From: Squalus acanthias
Taxonomy: Eukaryota
Direction: 5' to 3'
Assembly (NCBI GenBank): GCA_030390025.1
Contig: CM059431.1
Location: 145,206,001 to 145,270,000, forward strand
Length of the DNA stretch: 64,000 bases
Notes under the pieces: generated by a model
Told to the model about the DNA's origin: nothing
The model's input: the letters and a program-made list of their open reading frames with translations, nothing else
Database searches by the model: none
Part shown: positions 50,271 to 62,622 of the stretch, one piece after another
Numbering within the stretch: the stretch's first letter is position 1
Layout: every line of letters starts with the position of its first letter
Program-made: the position numbers and the translations under genes

Positions 50271-52289
50271 CTCCTGAGGTCCCCACCATCACAGAAGCCA
50301 ATCTTCAGCCAATTCGATTCACTCTAAGGGATAGCAAGAAACGGTTGAGCGCACTGGATACAGCAAAGAGTTTGGGCCCCGAAAACAACCTGGCTGTTGT
50401 GCTGAAGACTTGTGCTCCAGAATTAGCCGCGCCTCTAGCCAAGCTGTACCAGTACAACTACTGGCATCTACCAGACGCAATGTGGACAACTGCCCAGGTA
50501 TGTCCTGTCCACAAAAAGCAGGTAAAATCCAATCCGACCAATTAACTCCCAATCAGTCTACGCACAATCATCAGCAAAGTGATGGAAGGAGTCATCGACA
50601 GTGCGATCAAGTGGCACTTATTCACTAATAACCTGCTCACTGATGCTTACTTTGGGTTCCGCCAGGACCACTCCGCTCCAGACCTCATTACAGCCTTGGT
50701 CCATACATGGACAAAGGAGCTGAATTCCAGAGTTGAGGTGAGAGTGACTGCCCATTGATATCAAGGCAGCTTTTGACCGAGTGTGGCATCAAGGAACCCT
50801 AGTAAAACTGAAGTCAATGGGAATCGGGGTGGGGGGGGGGGGGAGGGGGGCAAGTAAACGCTCCACTGGCTGCCCAAATGAAGATGGTTGTATTGGTTGG
50901 AGGTCAAAATCATCACAGCCCCACGGCATCGCTGCAGGAGTTCCTCAGGGCAGTGTACTAGGACCAACCATCTTCAGCTGCTTCATCAATGACCACAAAC
51001 ATAAGGTCGAATGCACAAGTCCTCAGATAATGAAACAGTCCATGCCCGCATGCAACAAGACCTGGACGACGTTCAGACTTGGGCTGATAAGTGGCAGGTA
51101 ATATTCGCGACAAAGAAGTGCCAGGCAATGACTATCTGCAACAAGCGAGAGTCCAACCACCGCCCTTTGGCATTCAACAGCATTACCATCGCCGAATCCC
51201 ACACCATCAACATCCTGGGGGTCACCATTGACCAGAAACTTAAATGGACCAGCCACATAATTACTCTGGCAACAAGAGCAGGTCAGAGGCTGGGTATTCT
51301 GCGGCGAGAGTCTCACCTCCTGACTCCCCAAATCCTTTCCACCATCTACAAGGTACAAGTAGGGAGTGTGATGTAATACTCTCCACTAGCCTGGATGAGT
51401 GCAGCTCCAACAACACTCAAAAAGCTCGACACCATATAATACAAAGCAGCCCGCTTGATTGGCACCCATCCACCAAATTAAACATTCACTCCCTCCACCA
51501 CCGCCGTCCCCTGGTTGCAGTGTGTACCATCTACAAGATGCACTGCAGTAACTCGCCAAGGCTTCTTCGGCAGCACCTCCCAAACTCACGCCCTCTACAA
51601 CCTAGAAAGACAACGATATCAGGCGCATGGGAACACCACCACCTCCAATTTTCCCTCTAAGTCGCACACCATCCTGACTTGGAAGTATATCGCCGTTCCT
51701 TCATCGTCATCGTCGCTGGGTCAAAATCCTTTAACTCCCTACCTAACAGCATTGTGGGAGTACCATTACCATACGGACTGCAGCGGTTCAAGAAGGCGGC
51801 TCAACACCACTTTTTCAAGGGCAATTAGGGATAAGCAATAAATGCTGGCCTTCCCAGCGACGCCCACATCCCATGAACAAATAAACAAAATTTAAAAAAT
51901 CTAGTGATAGTTTGTCATCAGGGAACTTTCGAATGCAATGTGTTGTTAAATTCTATAACAATTCCAGAATGTAATCAAAACCCGAACAATATTGTTGTCC
52001 TTGCAGCTCAGCGTAATGATAAGAGAATCTGAGTAAAATAAGTCTTCAGTGCTACACTCAATCTTTGTAACAATCTGCAGAAGCTCCACAATTCTGACTA
52101 TTCAGCAACATCACAATTTAATCTCGAATATCTGAAATTATCTTTGCAGTTGTTACTTGCATTATCAAACAATCATAGTTACATGAATCTCGGTCATGTT
52201 TTGGTCTAATTCAGCAAAATATGTTACTCTGCATGGATTCAAAAACGGGTGAACTGCTTAATTTGAATTTCGATGATTAGCAAAATGCC

Positions 52290-54495
52290 ATCAGTACTGA
52301 CCCTCCGACAGCGCAGCGTTGCCTCAGTACTGCCCCTCCTACAGTGCAGCAATCCCTCAGTACCTTCCCTCCGACAGTGCAACACTCCCGCAGTACTGCC
52401 CTTACGATAGTCTTGCACACCCTCAGTACTGTCTATCTGACAGTGCAGAACACCTTGTGTATTGCTCGTCTGTCAATGCAGAACTCACTCATTGTTACCC
52501 CTCCGACAGTGTAGCACTCCTTCAGTACTGCTCCTCCAACAGTGAGTGCAGCGCTCCCTCAGTGCTGCTACTCCAACAGTTCAGCGCTCCCTCAGTACTG
52601 CCCCTCCGACAGTGCGGCACTCCCTCATTACTGCCCCTCCGACAGTGCAGCACTCCCTCAGAGCTGCCCCTCTGACATTGCAGAACTCCTTGTGTATTGC
52701 CCCACTGACAGTGCAGAACTCACTCGGTGCTGCCTGTCCGACAGAGCAGCAATCCTTGATGACTGCCCCTCCGACAGTGCAACGCTCCCTCAGTACTCCC
52801 TCTCCGATCGTGCAGTGCTCCTTCAGTACTGCCCGTCGGACAGTGCAGCGCTCCCTCAGTAATGTCCCTTCGACAGTGCAGCAATCCCTCAAAACAGCCC
52901 GTCAGACAGTGCAGAGATACCTCAATACTGTCCCTCCGACAGAGCAGCGCACCCTCAGTACTGTCCCTCCGACAGTGCACCATTCCCTCAGAAATGTCCC
53001 TCCGACAGCGCAGCTCTCCCTCAGTACTGCCCCTCCGAAAGTGTAGCGCTCCCCCAGTACTGCCTCTCCGACAGTGCAGCGCTCCCATCGTACCGTCCCT
53101 CCTACAGTGCAGCACGCCCTCAGTACCTCCCCTCCGATAGCGCGGCACTCCCTCAGTACTGCCCCTCCGGCAGTGCAACACTCCCTCAGTACTGCCCCTC
53201 CTGCAGTGCAGCTCTCCCTCAGTACCTTCCCTCCGGCAGTGCCAAACTCCCGCAGTACTGCCCTTACGATAGTCTTGCACTCACTCAGTACTTTCTATCT
53301 CACAGTGCAGAACACCTTGTGCATTGCCCGTCTGACAATGCAGAACTCACTCAGTGCTACCCCTCCGACAGTGTAGCACTCCTTCAGCACTGCCCCTCCG
53401 ACAGTGTAGCGCTCCCCCAGTACTGCCTCTCGGAAAGTGCAGCGCTCCCATCGTACAGTCCCTCCGACAGTGCAGCCCTCCCTCAGTACTGCCCCTCTGA
53501 CAGTGTAGCGCTCCCCCAGTACTGCCTCTCTGACAGTGCAGCGCTCCCATCCTACAGTCACTCCAACAGTGCAGCGCTCCCTCAGTACTGCCTCTCTGAC
53601 AGTGCAGCGCTCCCTCAGTGCTGCATTTCTGAGAGTGCAGCATTCCCTCAGTACTGCCCCTCCGAAACTACAGCATTTCCCGTGCATTGGCCCTCTGATA
53701 GTGCAGCGCTCCCTCAGTGCTGCACCTCCAACAGTTCAGCGCTCCCTCAGTACTGCACCTCCGACAGTGTGACACTCCTTCAGTACTGCACCTCCAACAG
53801 TGCAGCACTCGCTCAGTACTACCCCTCCGACAGTGCAGAGCTCCCTCAGTACAGCTCCTCCGACAGTGCAGCGCTCCCTCAGTACTGTCCCTAAAACATT
53901 GCAGAACTCTCTGTATTGCCCCTCTGACAGTGCAGAACTCACTCTGTGCTGCCCCTCCGACAGTGCAGCGCTCCCTCAGTAATGCCCACCGATCGTGCAG
54001 CACTCCCGATGTACTGTCCCGCCGACAGAGAAGAAGTCCCTCCTTACTGTCCCTCCGACAGTGCAGCGCACCCTCAGTACTGTCCCTCCAAAATGCAGTA
54101 CTCCCTCAGTACTGTCCCTCCGGCAGTGCAGCGCTCCTTCTGTACTGTCCCTCCGACAGTGCAGCGCTCATCAGTACTGCCCTCCCGACATTGCAGTCTT
54201 CCCTCAGTACTGTTCCTCTAACAGGGTAGTGCTCCCTCAGTACTGCCTCTCTGGCATTGCAGCGCTCCTTCAGTGCTCTCTTGGACAGTGCAGTCCTCCC
54301 TCAGTACTGCCCCTCCGACAGTGCAGTGCTCCCTTAGTAATGCCCCTCCGACAGTGCAGCTATCCTTCAGTACTGCAGCGCTCCCTCAGTAATGCCCATC
54401 CGACAGTGCAGCTCTCCTTCAGTAGTGCCCCTCCGACAATGCAGCGCTCCCTCAGTATTACCTCCTCTGACAGTGTAGCGCTCCCTCAGTGCTGG
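52290..54495. repeat. 33-bp minisatellite (CAGTACTGCCCCTCCGACAGTGCAGCGCTCCCT)n
   Basis: About 65 degenerate units; the period is a multiple of 3, which produces spurious PQYCPSDSAAL ORFs. Confidence 0.95.
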
Positions 54496-55780
54496 CCGCT
54501 GCAGACAGAAGTAACCAGGTGGGAAGAACCTAACTATCCAAACAATGTAATTAAACATTTCTCAATATTATTGACACTCACATGTATGAAAAGGTTGGAA
54601 GCGGTCACATTTAGGACGAGATTAGTAACGTAGAACAGTCACTAATGAACTTATAACCTGCAAGAACAGACATGATGTGTTCTAGCCACCGAGCCAAGCC
54701 GTCAGGAGATGATCAGATGATGTCGGGTTTTTTGTCCAATTTGCGTTCAGGGAATTTAAACTGAACACTTCCCCCCCTCCCCACCTAGAGTATTTTCACA
54801 GCCGAAATTCAATTAACTCATTACTCCCAACCCATTTGCTAAATTACTGTAATTGTTTTTATTTAAGCGTCAAGACTTAATTTGACTAAAACTAGGGACG
54901 TTAATTACACGATTGTCACCAATAAATTCAATGGGGAATTCAGGAGAAACTTCTTTTACCTGAGAATTGTGACAATGTGGAACTCGCTACCCTAAGTACA
55001 ATTTGTGGTGAATAGCAGTTAAGGGGAAATCTAGATAAGTACATGAGAGAGAAAGGAATAGAAGGTTATGCTGATAGAGTTAGATGAAGCAGGACGTGAG
55101 GCGACTCGTGTGGAACATAAACACCGGCATAGACCAGTTGGGCCGAATTGACTATTTCTACGCTGTAAATTGAATGTCATTCTATGTGATATGTACGATG
55201 AATATTGATGAATCCTGCGATGCAGATTGACCTATCCAGAAGAGAAACCATGGAATTTCTGCCCTTTATTACAGTTGAACTTGGTTTCCGGAGCGGTGGT
55301 GCAGGTGTACACTGAGTACCTTGTCCCGCAGTGTCTGGCTTGCCCATTATACGAGGTCGAAGCTATTCCTACTCGCCGCTGTGTAGCTTTTACTTCACTA
55401 ACAGTAGTTATTGTGCAAATTCACTTGAGGTGGATTATAGCGCTAGTGACAGACATCGACTCAAATAAAACTGCGAGCTGGGAGACTGAGAGAAAAGCAG
55501 AAGCAATGCTTCCATCTCATGGAAGGATTTGTAAACGGACTTGTCGTCACCCGTCCCCATGAAGCTCTGTATAATGAATTGTGAATCGAGATATTTCCTA
55601 CATTGTTCAATTTTTCTTCTGTATACTTGCCGTCCGAATTATGCAATCGAAGGTGTGTAGATTGTAATCCTACAGTGCTCAGAGATATGGTGCATGGTTT
55701 ACTAAGCGCAATTCAGGAAGAGATTTAAACCAATTGACCGAGAGACAGTGTGGAACACGATGAAAAAATGTGCTAGCAAT

Positions 55781-56025
55781 TTAATTGGGTAGACAGGGAA
55801 TGTTACAGTGCAGAAGGGAGAGACCCTCGTTTAATTGGGTAGACAGGGAATGTTACAGTGCAGGAGGGAGAGACCCTGGTTTAATTGGGTAAATAGGGAA
55901 TGTTACAGTGCAGGAGGTAGAGACCCTGGTTTAATTGGGTAGACAGGGAATGTTACAGTGCAGGAGGGAGAGACCCTGGTTTAATTGGGTAGACAGGGAA
56001 TGTTACAGTGCAGGAGGTAGAGACA
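55781..56025. repeat. 50-bp tandem repeat, ~5 near-identical copies
   Basis: TTAATTGGGTAGACAGGGAATGTTACAGTGCAGGAGGGAGAGACCCTGGT starting at 55781, 55831, 55881, 55931 and 55981. Confidence 0.95.
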
Positions 56026-56824
56026 CTGATTTGAAAAAAAATGAAATGATAACAGGCTTAGGAAAGTTTATGTGTAAATTTAATGCTGTAATAAATCAGA
56101 GCAACAAAAACTTCAGAGAACAACTGATCTGGAAAGCAATCAGTTGCATTAACTATTGCGTCTGCGCCTCAGAGCAGTGATGGTTAAAGCGAGATTGGAC
56201 GGAGGTGTTCAATATTATGAGGGATTTTGCTAGAGTAAACAAGGGGAAAATGTTTCCACTGGCCGGAGGACCCGTAACCAGAGGACAAGGTGATTAGCAA
56301 AAGAACCAGAGGGCTGGCGAGCAGAATTTTTTGTTAAGCAGTGAGTTTTTGTGATCTGGAATGCACTGACTGAAAAGATGTTGGAAGCAGATTCAATAGT
56401 AACTTAAAAAAGGAATTGGTCCTCTAATTAAAAAGGAAGAATTGCCAGGCTCTGGGGAAAGAGCAGGAGAATGGGGCGAATTCTGAGCTCTTTCAGAGAG
56501 CTGGCACAGTCAGGATGGGCTGAATGGCCTCCTTCGGGTCTGTACCATTCCATGTGCTGAATCAGATTCACAAAGAGTTAACTTTGAATCTGCTTCCATC
56601 ACCTTTAGGGCAGTGCATTCCGGATTCTAACAACTCGCTGCCTAAACATAATTCTCCTCTCTGGATGTTTTGCAAATTATCTTAAATCCCTGTCTCTGGT
56701 TTCTGATCCCCCTGCCACGGGACATAAACATTTAGGTAACTACTAAAGTTGCGTTGCACGGACATCAATACAGTGAAGATCAGGTAAATTGTCATTGATC
56801 GCAGATTAAATGCGTGAACCTCTA

Positions 56825-57335
56825 CAACATCAATAAAACTTGTATTTATATGGCTCATGTAACGTAGTTAAACGTCCCAAGGTGCTTCACGTGAGCATTA
56901 TCAAACAATGTTTTGACATCGAGACACGTAAGGAGATACTAATACAGGTGATCAAAAGATCGGTCAAATAAGCAGGTTTTAAGGAGCGTCTTAAAGTAGG
57001 AGAGAGAGGTAGGGAGGCGTTGGTTTAGGAGGGAATTCCAGGGTTTAGGGCCTTTGCAGCTGAAGGCACGGCCACCAATTGTGGAGCGATTAAATTCGGG
57101 GATGTATAAGAGGCAGATATTTCGGGGGGTTGTGGGGCTGAAGGAAATTACAGAGTTATGGAGGGGTGAGGCCACGGAGGGATTTGAAAACACGAATTAG
57201 AATTTAAAATCGACGTGTTGCCGGATCAGGCGCCAATGCACGTCAGCGAGCACAGGGGAGAGGGTAAAACGGGAGCGAGTTAGGACACGTGCAACAGAGG
57301 TTTGGATGAGCTGAAGTTTACACAGGGTGGGAATA
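56825..57335 (-). mobile_element. L2 LINE 3' fragment
   Basis: KLQLIQTSVARVLT..PVLADVHW..DFK and IGGRAFSCKGPKPWNSL..FKTLLKT.LF motifs; L2-type tail. Confidence 0.8.
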
Positions 57336-57339
57336 GAAG

Positions 57340-57632
57340 GCCAACCTGCTTTCTCAGCTGGACGGAAAAGATCCCATGGCAATATTTCGAAGAAGAGCAG
57401 GGGAGTTATTCCCGGTGTCCTGGCCAATATTTATCCCTCAATCAACATAACAAAACAGTTAATTTGTTTATTATCACATTGCTGTTTGTGGGAGCTTGCT
57501 GTGCGCATATTGGCTGCCGCGTTTACCACATTACAACAATGACTCCACTTCAAAAATACTTAATTGATTGTAAAGTACTTTGCGACGTCCGGCGGACGTG
57601 AAAGGCGCCATATAAATGCAAGTCTTTCTTTT
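57340..57632 (+). mobile_element. Deu-domain SINE (SacSINE1/AmnSINE-like) 3' part
   Basis: GATCCCATGGCA..GAAGAGCAGGGGAGTT..GGTGTCCTGGCCAATATT..GCTGTTTGTGGGAGCTTGCTGTGCGCA..TTGGCTGCCG core and an L2-like tail. Confidence 0.75.
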
Positions 57633-58028
57633 TTCAGCCAGAAGGGCATTGGAATAGTCGAGCATGGATATCTGGATAAAAGGAATAATTGGCTAGACTG
57701 GGGCTGTTATAGTACAAAAGGTAGAGTCCCTGGTTTCAATAAAAGAGCGGACAGCAGATATGCATGGCTCACGGGAGCAGGAGTTAACTCTGAGTTATCA
57801 GCGCAGTTGAATGTCATCTGCTAATCAATGAGGTACTTCACTGTATCAAAAGCCAAATACTGTGACGCTGCAAATCTGAAATACAAACAGAAATATCTGG
57901 AAAATACTCAGCAGGTCTGGTAGCCTCTGTGGAGAGAGAAACATAGATAACCTTTCAGCTCGAAGACCTGTCGTCAGAACCGGGTCAAGCTTGAAGCACA
58001 TTCACTGCAGCTTATTTTCCTGGATCAC

Positions 58029-58162
58029 CTTTAGTGCGGAGAACTTCGAGCTTTGTTTTCCTTGTTCAACCAGTAGCTGATGACACCGATGTTCCAGATA
58101 GAGAGAAATAATTGCAGGGCAACGAACACGAGTATCAGCCAATGGAAGGTGGCCAAGTAATC
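58029..58162 (-). CDS. Candidate exon encoding a transmembrane helix and short tail (possibly MS4A TM4-like)
   Basis: Strong acceptor TTGTTTCTCCTCCCTTACAG|; phase-0 reading DYLATFHWLILVFVALQLFLSIWNIGVISYWLNKENKARSSPH*; GTGATC donor just after the stop. Confidence 0.45.
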
Positions 58163-58317
58163 CTGTAAGGGAGGAGAAACAAGGCACTGACTGAGCTGAA
58201 TATATTCCACTGGGTGGCACATTACTCTCGCAGACAACAGATTGTTTAAAATGAACTTGGTGAACATCACCACTGAGAGACAGGGCAGAATTGGTGCCAT
58301 CATTGCGATACAACAGC

Positions 58318-58680
58318 GAGGGGGATTTTAACTTCTGGCGAAGGTTTGCAGTTCACGATATCGGATCGGCCGCCCGTTATACTTCACTCCCGTTTTTCCT
58401 TGCCGTTGATTTCAATTAAGGGGAAATCGGGCGATGCGTTTCAGGTGGTGCTTTCCTCAGCCATTGGAAATCACTTTCACATCGTTTCCCTGTGCGCTGG
58501 TCCTTTCCACCAACCTGCATTGTTCATTCACAATGGGGTAGATGTTCAGATTTTGCGATGGTATAAAACGGGCGTTAGCGAGTCAGCCGAACGATTTACT
58601 TCTCTCCTTGAATTCAATGATAATCAAAATCGGGTAAAATGTTATGCCGGCTGCCGACTCGCAATCACCAGTTGAACACT
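58318..58680. mobile_element. Probable degraded MITE / DNA-transposon-derived repeat
   Basis: GC-rich interspersed segment with internal inverted TTCAAT/ATTGAA motifs; boundaries uncertain. Confidence 0.35.
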
Positions 58681-58859
58681 ATCGTACAACAACAACTCGC
58701 ATTTATATCGCGCCTTTAACGTAGTCAAAGAGTGGGAATGCTTTGCGCATTCAGATATAGTGCCTTTAGCTATGACTTATTAGGGAATTTCTGGTAAGTA
58801 TTGTGTAAGTAGAAGCTGTAAAAGTTACATTTAATTGAAGATTTTGATTCTAACCTAGA

Positions 58860-60025
58860 ACTTTAATAACTGTAGATAACAGAAGCTGCCTACCTGTGGC
58901 AGTTAACTGTCAGTCAGCTGTAAGTGTTTGTATTGAGGAGCAGGGGAGCTCAGTCAACACTTGTAAATTTGGTGAGGCTCCTAGGGAATAAAAGTAAACA
59001 TTTCTGCAGAGCACAGAGCGATCTGCACAGAACGGGATTAAATGGTGTGGATTTTTGGACAGAGTGTTTTATTTGGGAGATTGGAAAAAGTGGGAATTAT
59101 GAGAAGAGGGGGAGGGACTTGTTGATTTTTGCCTACACTACTTGCAGTGCTTTGTCTTAAAGGTAGATAGTTAATTTCAGTCCTCTTAACTTAATCACGA
59201 GGAAGTAAGTAGACAAGAACTGCACTGTAAACAAAGTTACCTAAATACAAATGTTATTATATTTAATTCAATAAAACAAAGTCATATAGGGATGGCAGTG
59301 CAGGTGGTGTGCCGCAAATGCAGCAGGTGTAGAGTTTGTGGAGAGCATTGTGATTTTGGACAACCACGTTTGCAGTAAGTGCTTGCATCTTGAGGAACCT
59401 GTGCAGGGAGACAGAGGAAAGGGAAGCAAGGATAGAAGCAAAAGACAGGAAGGAGAAAAGCAAACGTGGAAGTCAGAGAAATCAAGTGTGTAAATCAAAC
59501 ATGGCCACAGTAAATAATAATTCTAAAAGGTCTAAGAGTGTTAAAAAAACAAGCCTGAAGGCTTTGTGTCTTAATGCAAGGACCATTCGTAATAAGGTGG
59601 ATGAATTAGCTGCGCAAATAGATGTAAACGGATATGATATAATTGGGATTACGGAGACATGGCTCCAAGGTGACCAAGGCTGGGAATTCAACATCCAGGG
59701 GTATTCAATATTCAGGAAAGACAGGCAAAAAGGAAAAGGAGGTGGGGTAGCATTGCTGGTTAAAGAAGAGATTAACACAATAGTAAGGAAGGATATTAGC
59801 TCTGATGATTTGGAATCTGTATGGGTAGAGCTGAGAAATACCAAAGGGCAGAAAACGTTAGTGGGAGTTGTATACAGAACACCAAACAGTAATGTTGAGG
59901 TTGGGGATGGCATTAAATGGGAAATTAGAGACGCGTGCAGTAAGGGCACAGCAGTTATCATGGGTGACTTTAATCTACATGTAGATTGGGCTAACCAAAT
60001 TAGTAACAATACTGTGGAGGAGGTT
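58860..60025 (+). mobile_element. CR1 5' region: ORF1 zinc-finger remnant plus open APE endonuclease N-terminus
   Basis: MAVQVVCRKCS..HVCSKC remnant at ~59292; ORF 59390-60034 LNARTIRNK..GITETWL..VIMGDFN. Confidence 0.88.
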
Positions 60026-61328
60026 CGTAACTAACATTTGGTGACCAAACAACGTTGTTGCTTTTTAACAATTACTATTTGGAACAATAGTAAAAATGAT
60101 AATAAGACGCAGTTTTCTAGGCTTTCCTTGGCCGCAGTGAACTCTAGGAAATTAGACTCAGATTCAACACATATTTGCATCTATAGAACAGGCAGCTTCC
60201 CTCTACATCTACCGATATTATTATCATATTGATTAAAGCATTATTTCACACTGTGTGCCTGTTTATATTGACCTGTCCTGGTGGCAGTGTGTTGTAAATC
60301 TAGTTATAGTGAGTCATCAACGAGTTTTGGAATGCAATGTGTGGTTAAATCGTATAAATATTCAGGATTATTATCAAACATCGGACTAGATTATGTCCTT
60401 TCAGCTCACCGTACTGATCAGGGAATCTGAGTAAAATAATTTATCAGTGTTACACACATTCTTCGTAACAATGTGCAGAAGCTCCACAAGACTGGAAAGG
60501 TCCGTGCAATTCACCCTCTCCTTTATCATTGAACGCAATGAGGCGATATGCTGCTCGAAGTTTACAAGGTCGTATTGCAGGGAGAGGACTGCAGCCGCGG
60601 ACTAACAGTGATCACCGATCTGGGCTGTTTAAGTGACAGCCTCTGATACCTTGAACCGGAAGAAACAATTGACAATGTGCAGCACACGTGTGGAATTCCT
60701 AACATTCCCGTCATGGGCAGAATATTCCAGGGGAAATCCATGTTTTCCCCTTGCTGCCATTTCTTTTGATTTCACTGTTTAATTATCTGACCGTGAGACT
60801 CATGTTGCCGTCCAATCGAGTCCGCAGGTAACTCCGGGTCATAGCAGCGAGAAGGAGAGGGATCATGAGATGGAGAACCGAAACAGATCGATCATTTCGC
60901 TCTTCACTCTATCGCATAGTTTTATCTTCTGGTGGTTGACGGCTGCTGTGAGTGTTTTACTTGTCAGAATGACGGCAAGCGCTCATTACCAAGGTGATTA
61001 CACCAACCCGGAAAACCTCAATCCGGGTTCAGGCTCATGTATCTGAATTCCTGCACGAACACGCGCATTTATGGATCTACTCAGACCAAATACAGAGAAG
61101 AGGTGAAGACTTTGCTGATATTTCTCAGCCTGGTTTAAAGATAAACACATAAATTAAGTCAAAACAAAAATGCAATCCAACATTAAAGCTCAGTGTCAGT
61201 TCTTGATGCAGCTTTGATTAGTTCACTGTTCAAGAACACAATAGGATGGTTCTTGTAAACAATATCAGGAGCACGAAAATATCCCCTTTATGTAGCATAC
61301 GATTCACGTAGGCATTGACTCTGGGTAC

Positions 61329-61447
61329 CTGGAGAAAATGAAGCTGCAAAGTGCAGTGTGGAACAGGAAGGAAAGTGGAAATTCCGATGTGGGTGAAGCT
61401 CATGGTCAGGAGACACGCCACCGACTTATTGTGACAGCCTCTTGGGC
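61329..61447 (-). CDS. Candidate 119-nt exon of the same minus-strand membrane-protein (pseudo)gene
   Basis: Acceptor TTTCTCCTGTTCCTGTGTAACAG| and donor CAG|GTACCC; open phase 1 to 0 reading GPRGCHNKSVACLLTMSFTHIGISTFLPVPHCTLQLHFLQ, frame-compatible with the 58162 exon. Confidence 0.35.
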
Positions 61448-61489
61448 CTGTTACACAGGAACAGGAGAAAGTGAAGCAGCGCATCTGGT

Positions 61490-62620
61490 CAGTTACATAG
61501 AACCATAGAATGGTTACAGCACGCAAGCAGGCCATTCGGCACATCAAGCCAGTACCGACTCTCAGCTAGTCCCACTCCCCTGCCGCTTCCCCGTAGCTCT
61601 GCATTTCCCCCCCTCAGATACTCCTCCAACTCCATTTTGAAGGATAAGAGTAAGTCTGCCTCCACCATCCTTTCAGGCAGTGTATTCCAGATGTTAACCA
61701 CTCGCCACGTAAAAAAGTTTTTTCTCATGTTGCCTTTGGTTCTTTTGCCAATCACCTTAAATCTGTGTCCTCTGGTTCTCGACCATTCTGTCAATGGGAA
61801 CAGATTCTTTCTAACTAATCTGTCCGGTCACTCATGATTTTGAACACCTCTATTAAATCTCCTTTCAATCTTCTCTGCTCCAAGGAGAATAACCACAGCT
61901 TCTCCAGTCTATTCAAGTAACTGATGTCCCTCATTGCTGGAATCATTATCGTATATATTTTCTGTACCTTCTCGAAGGCCTTCACATCCTTCCTAAAGTG
62001 TGGTGCCCAGAATTGGACACAGTACTCCAGTTGGTGCCGAACCAGTGTTTTATATAGGTTCATCATAACGTCCTTGATTTCTAACTCTATACCTCTATTT
62101 ATGAAGCCCACGATCCCGTAATCCTTTTGTAACTGATTTCTCAAGCTGCCCTGCCACCTTCAACGATTTGTGCAAACATAGCCCCAGGTCCCTCTATTCG
62201 TGCAACCACTTTGGCATCGTACCCTTTAGTTTATATGTTCTCTCCTCATTCTTTCTACCGAAATATATTACTTCACACTTTTCTGCATTGAATTTCATCT
62301 GACACGTTACCGGCCATTTCACCAGCCTGTCTTCCTGAAGTCTATCACTATCCTCCGCATTGTTCATTATTGTTCCAAGTTTTGTGTCATCTACAAAGTT
62401 TGAAATAGTGCCCTGAACACACCCGTCCAAGTCATTAATATATATCAAGAAAATCAGTGGTCCGAGAACGGACCCCTGGGGAACACCACTATATAGCTTC
62501 CTCTGGTCCGAAAAACAACCGTTCATGACTACTCTCAGTTTCCTTTCACCTAGCCAATTTAGTATCCATGCTGCCACTATCCATTTTATTCCATTAGCTT
62601 CAACTTTTTACAAAGCATAT
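61490..62620 (-). mobile_element. 5'-truncated CR1 (RT 3' half and tail)
   Basis: GVPQGSVLGP, FVDDTKLG and LEYCVQFWAPHFRKD motifs. Confidence 0.9.
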
Positions 62621-62622
62621 TA

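Larger units (their letters stand above)
47020..51895 (+). mobile_element. Near-full-length L2/Crack-type LINE (APE + RT), decayed
   Basis: QPDIVIIAES, YRPPSADE, WVGDF, VREPTR, SSDY (APE); CPVHKKQ..NP, FGFRQ, KAAFDRVWHQG, GVPQGSVLGP (RT); AATAAA and A-rich 3' end. Clade assignment is tentative. Confidence 0.85.

Noticed and set aside
52319..54633. Many long Cys/Ser/Pro-rich ORFs
   Set aside because: Artefacts of the 33-bp minisatellite, open in several frames on both strands.
55781..56025. CRISPR-like regular repeats
   Set aside because: Head-to-tail repeats without unique spacers, in a vertebrate context with no cas genes.
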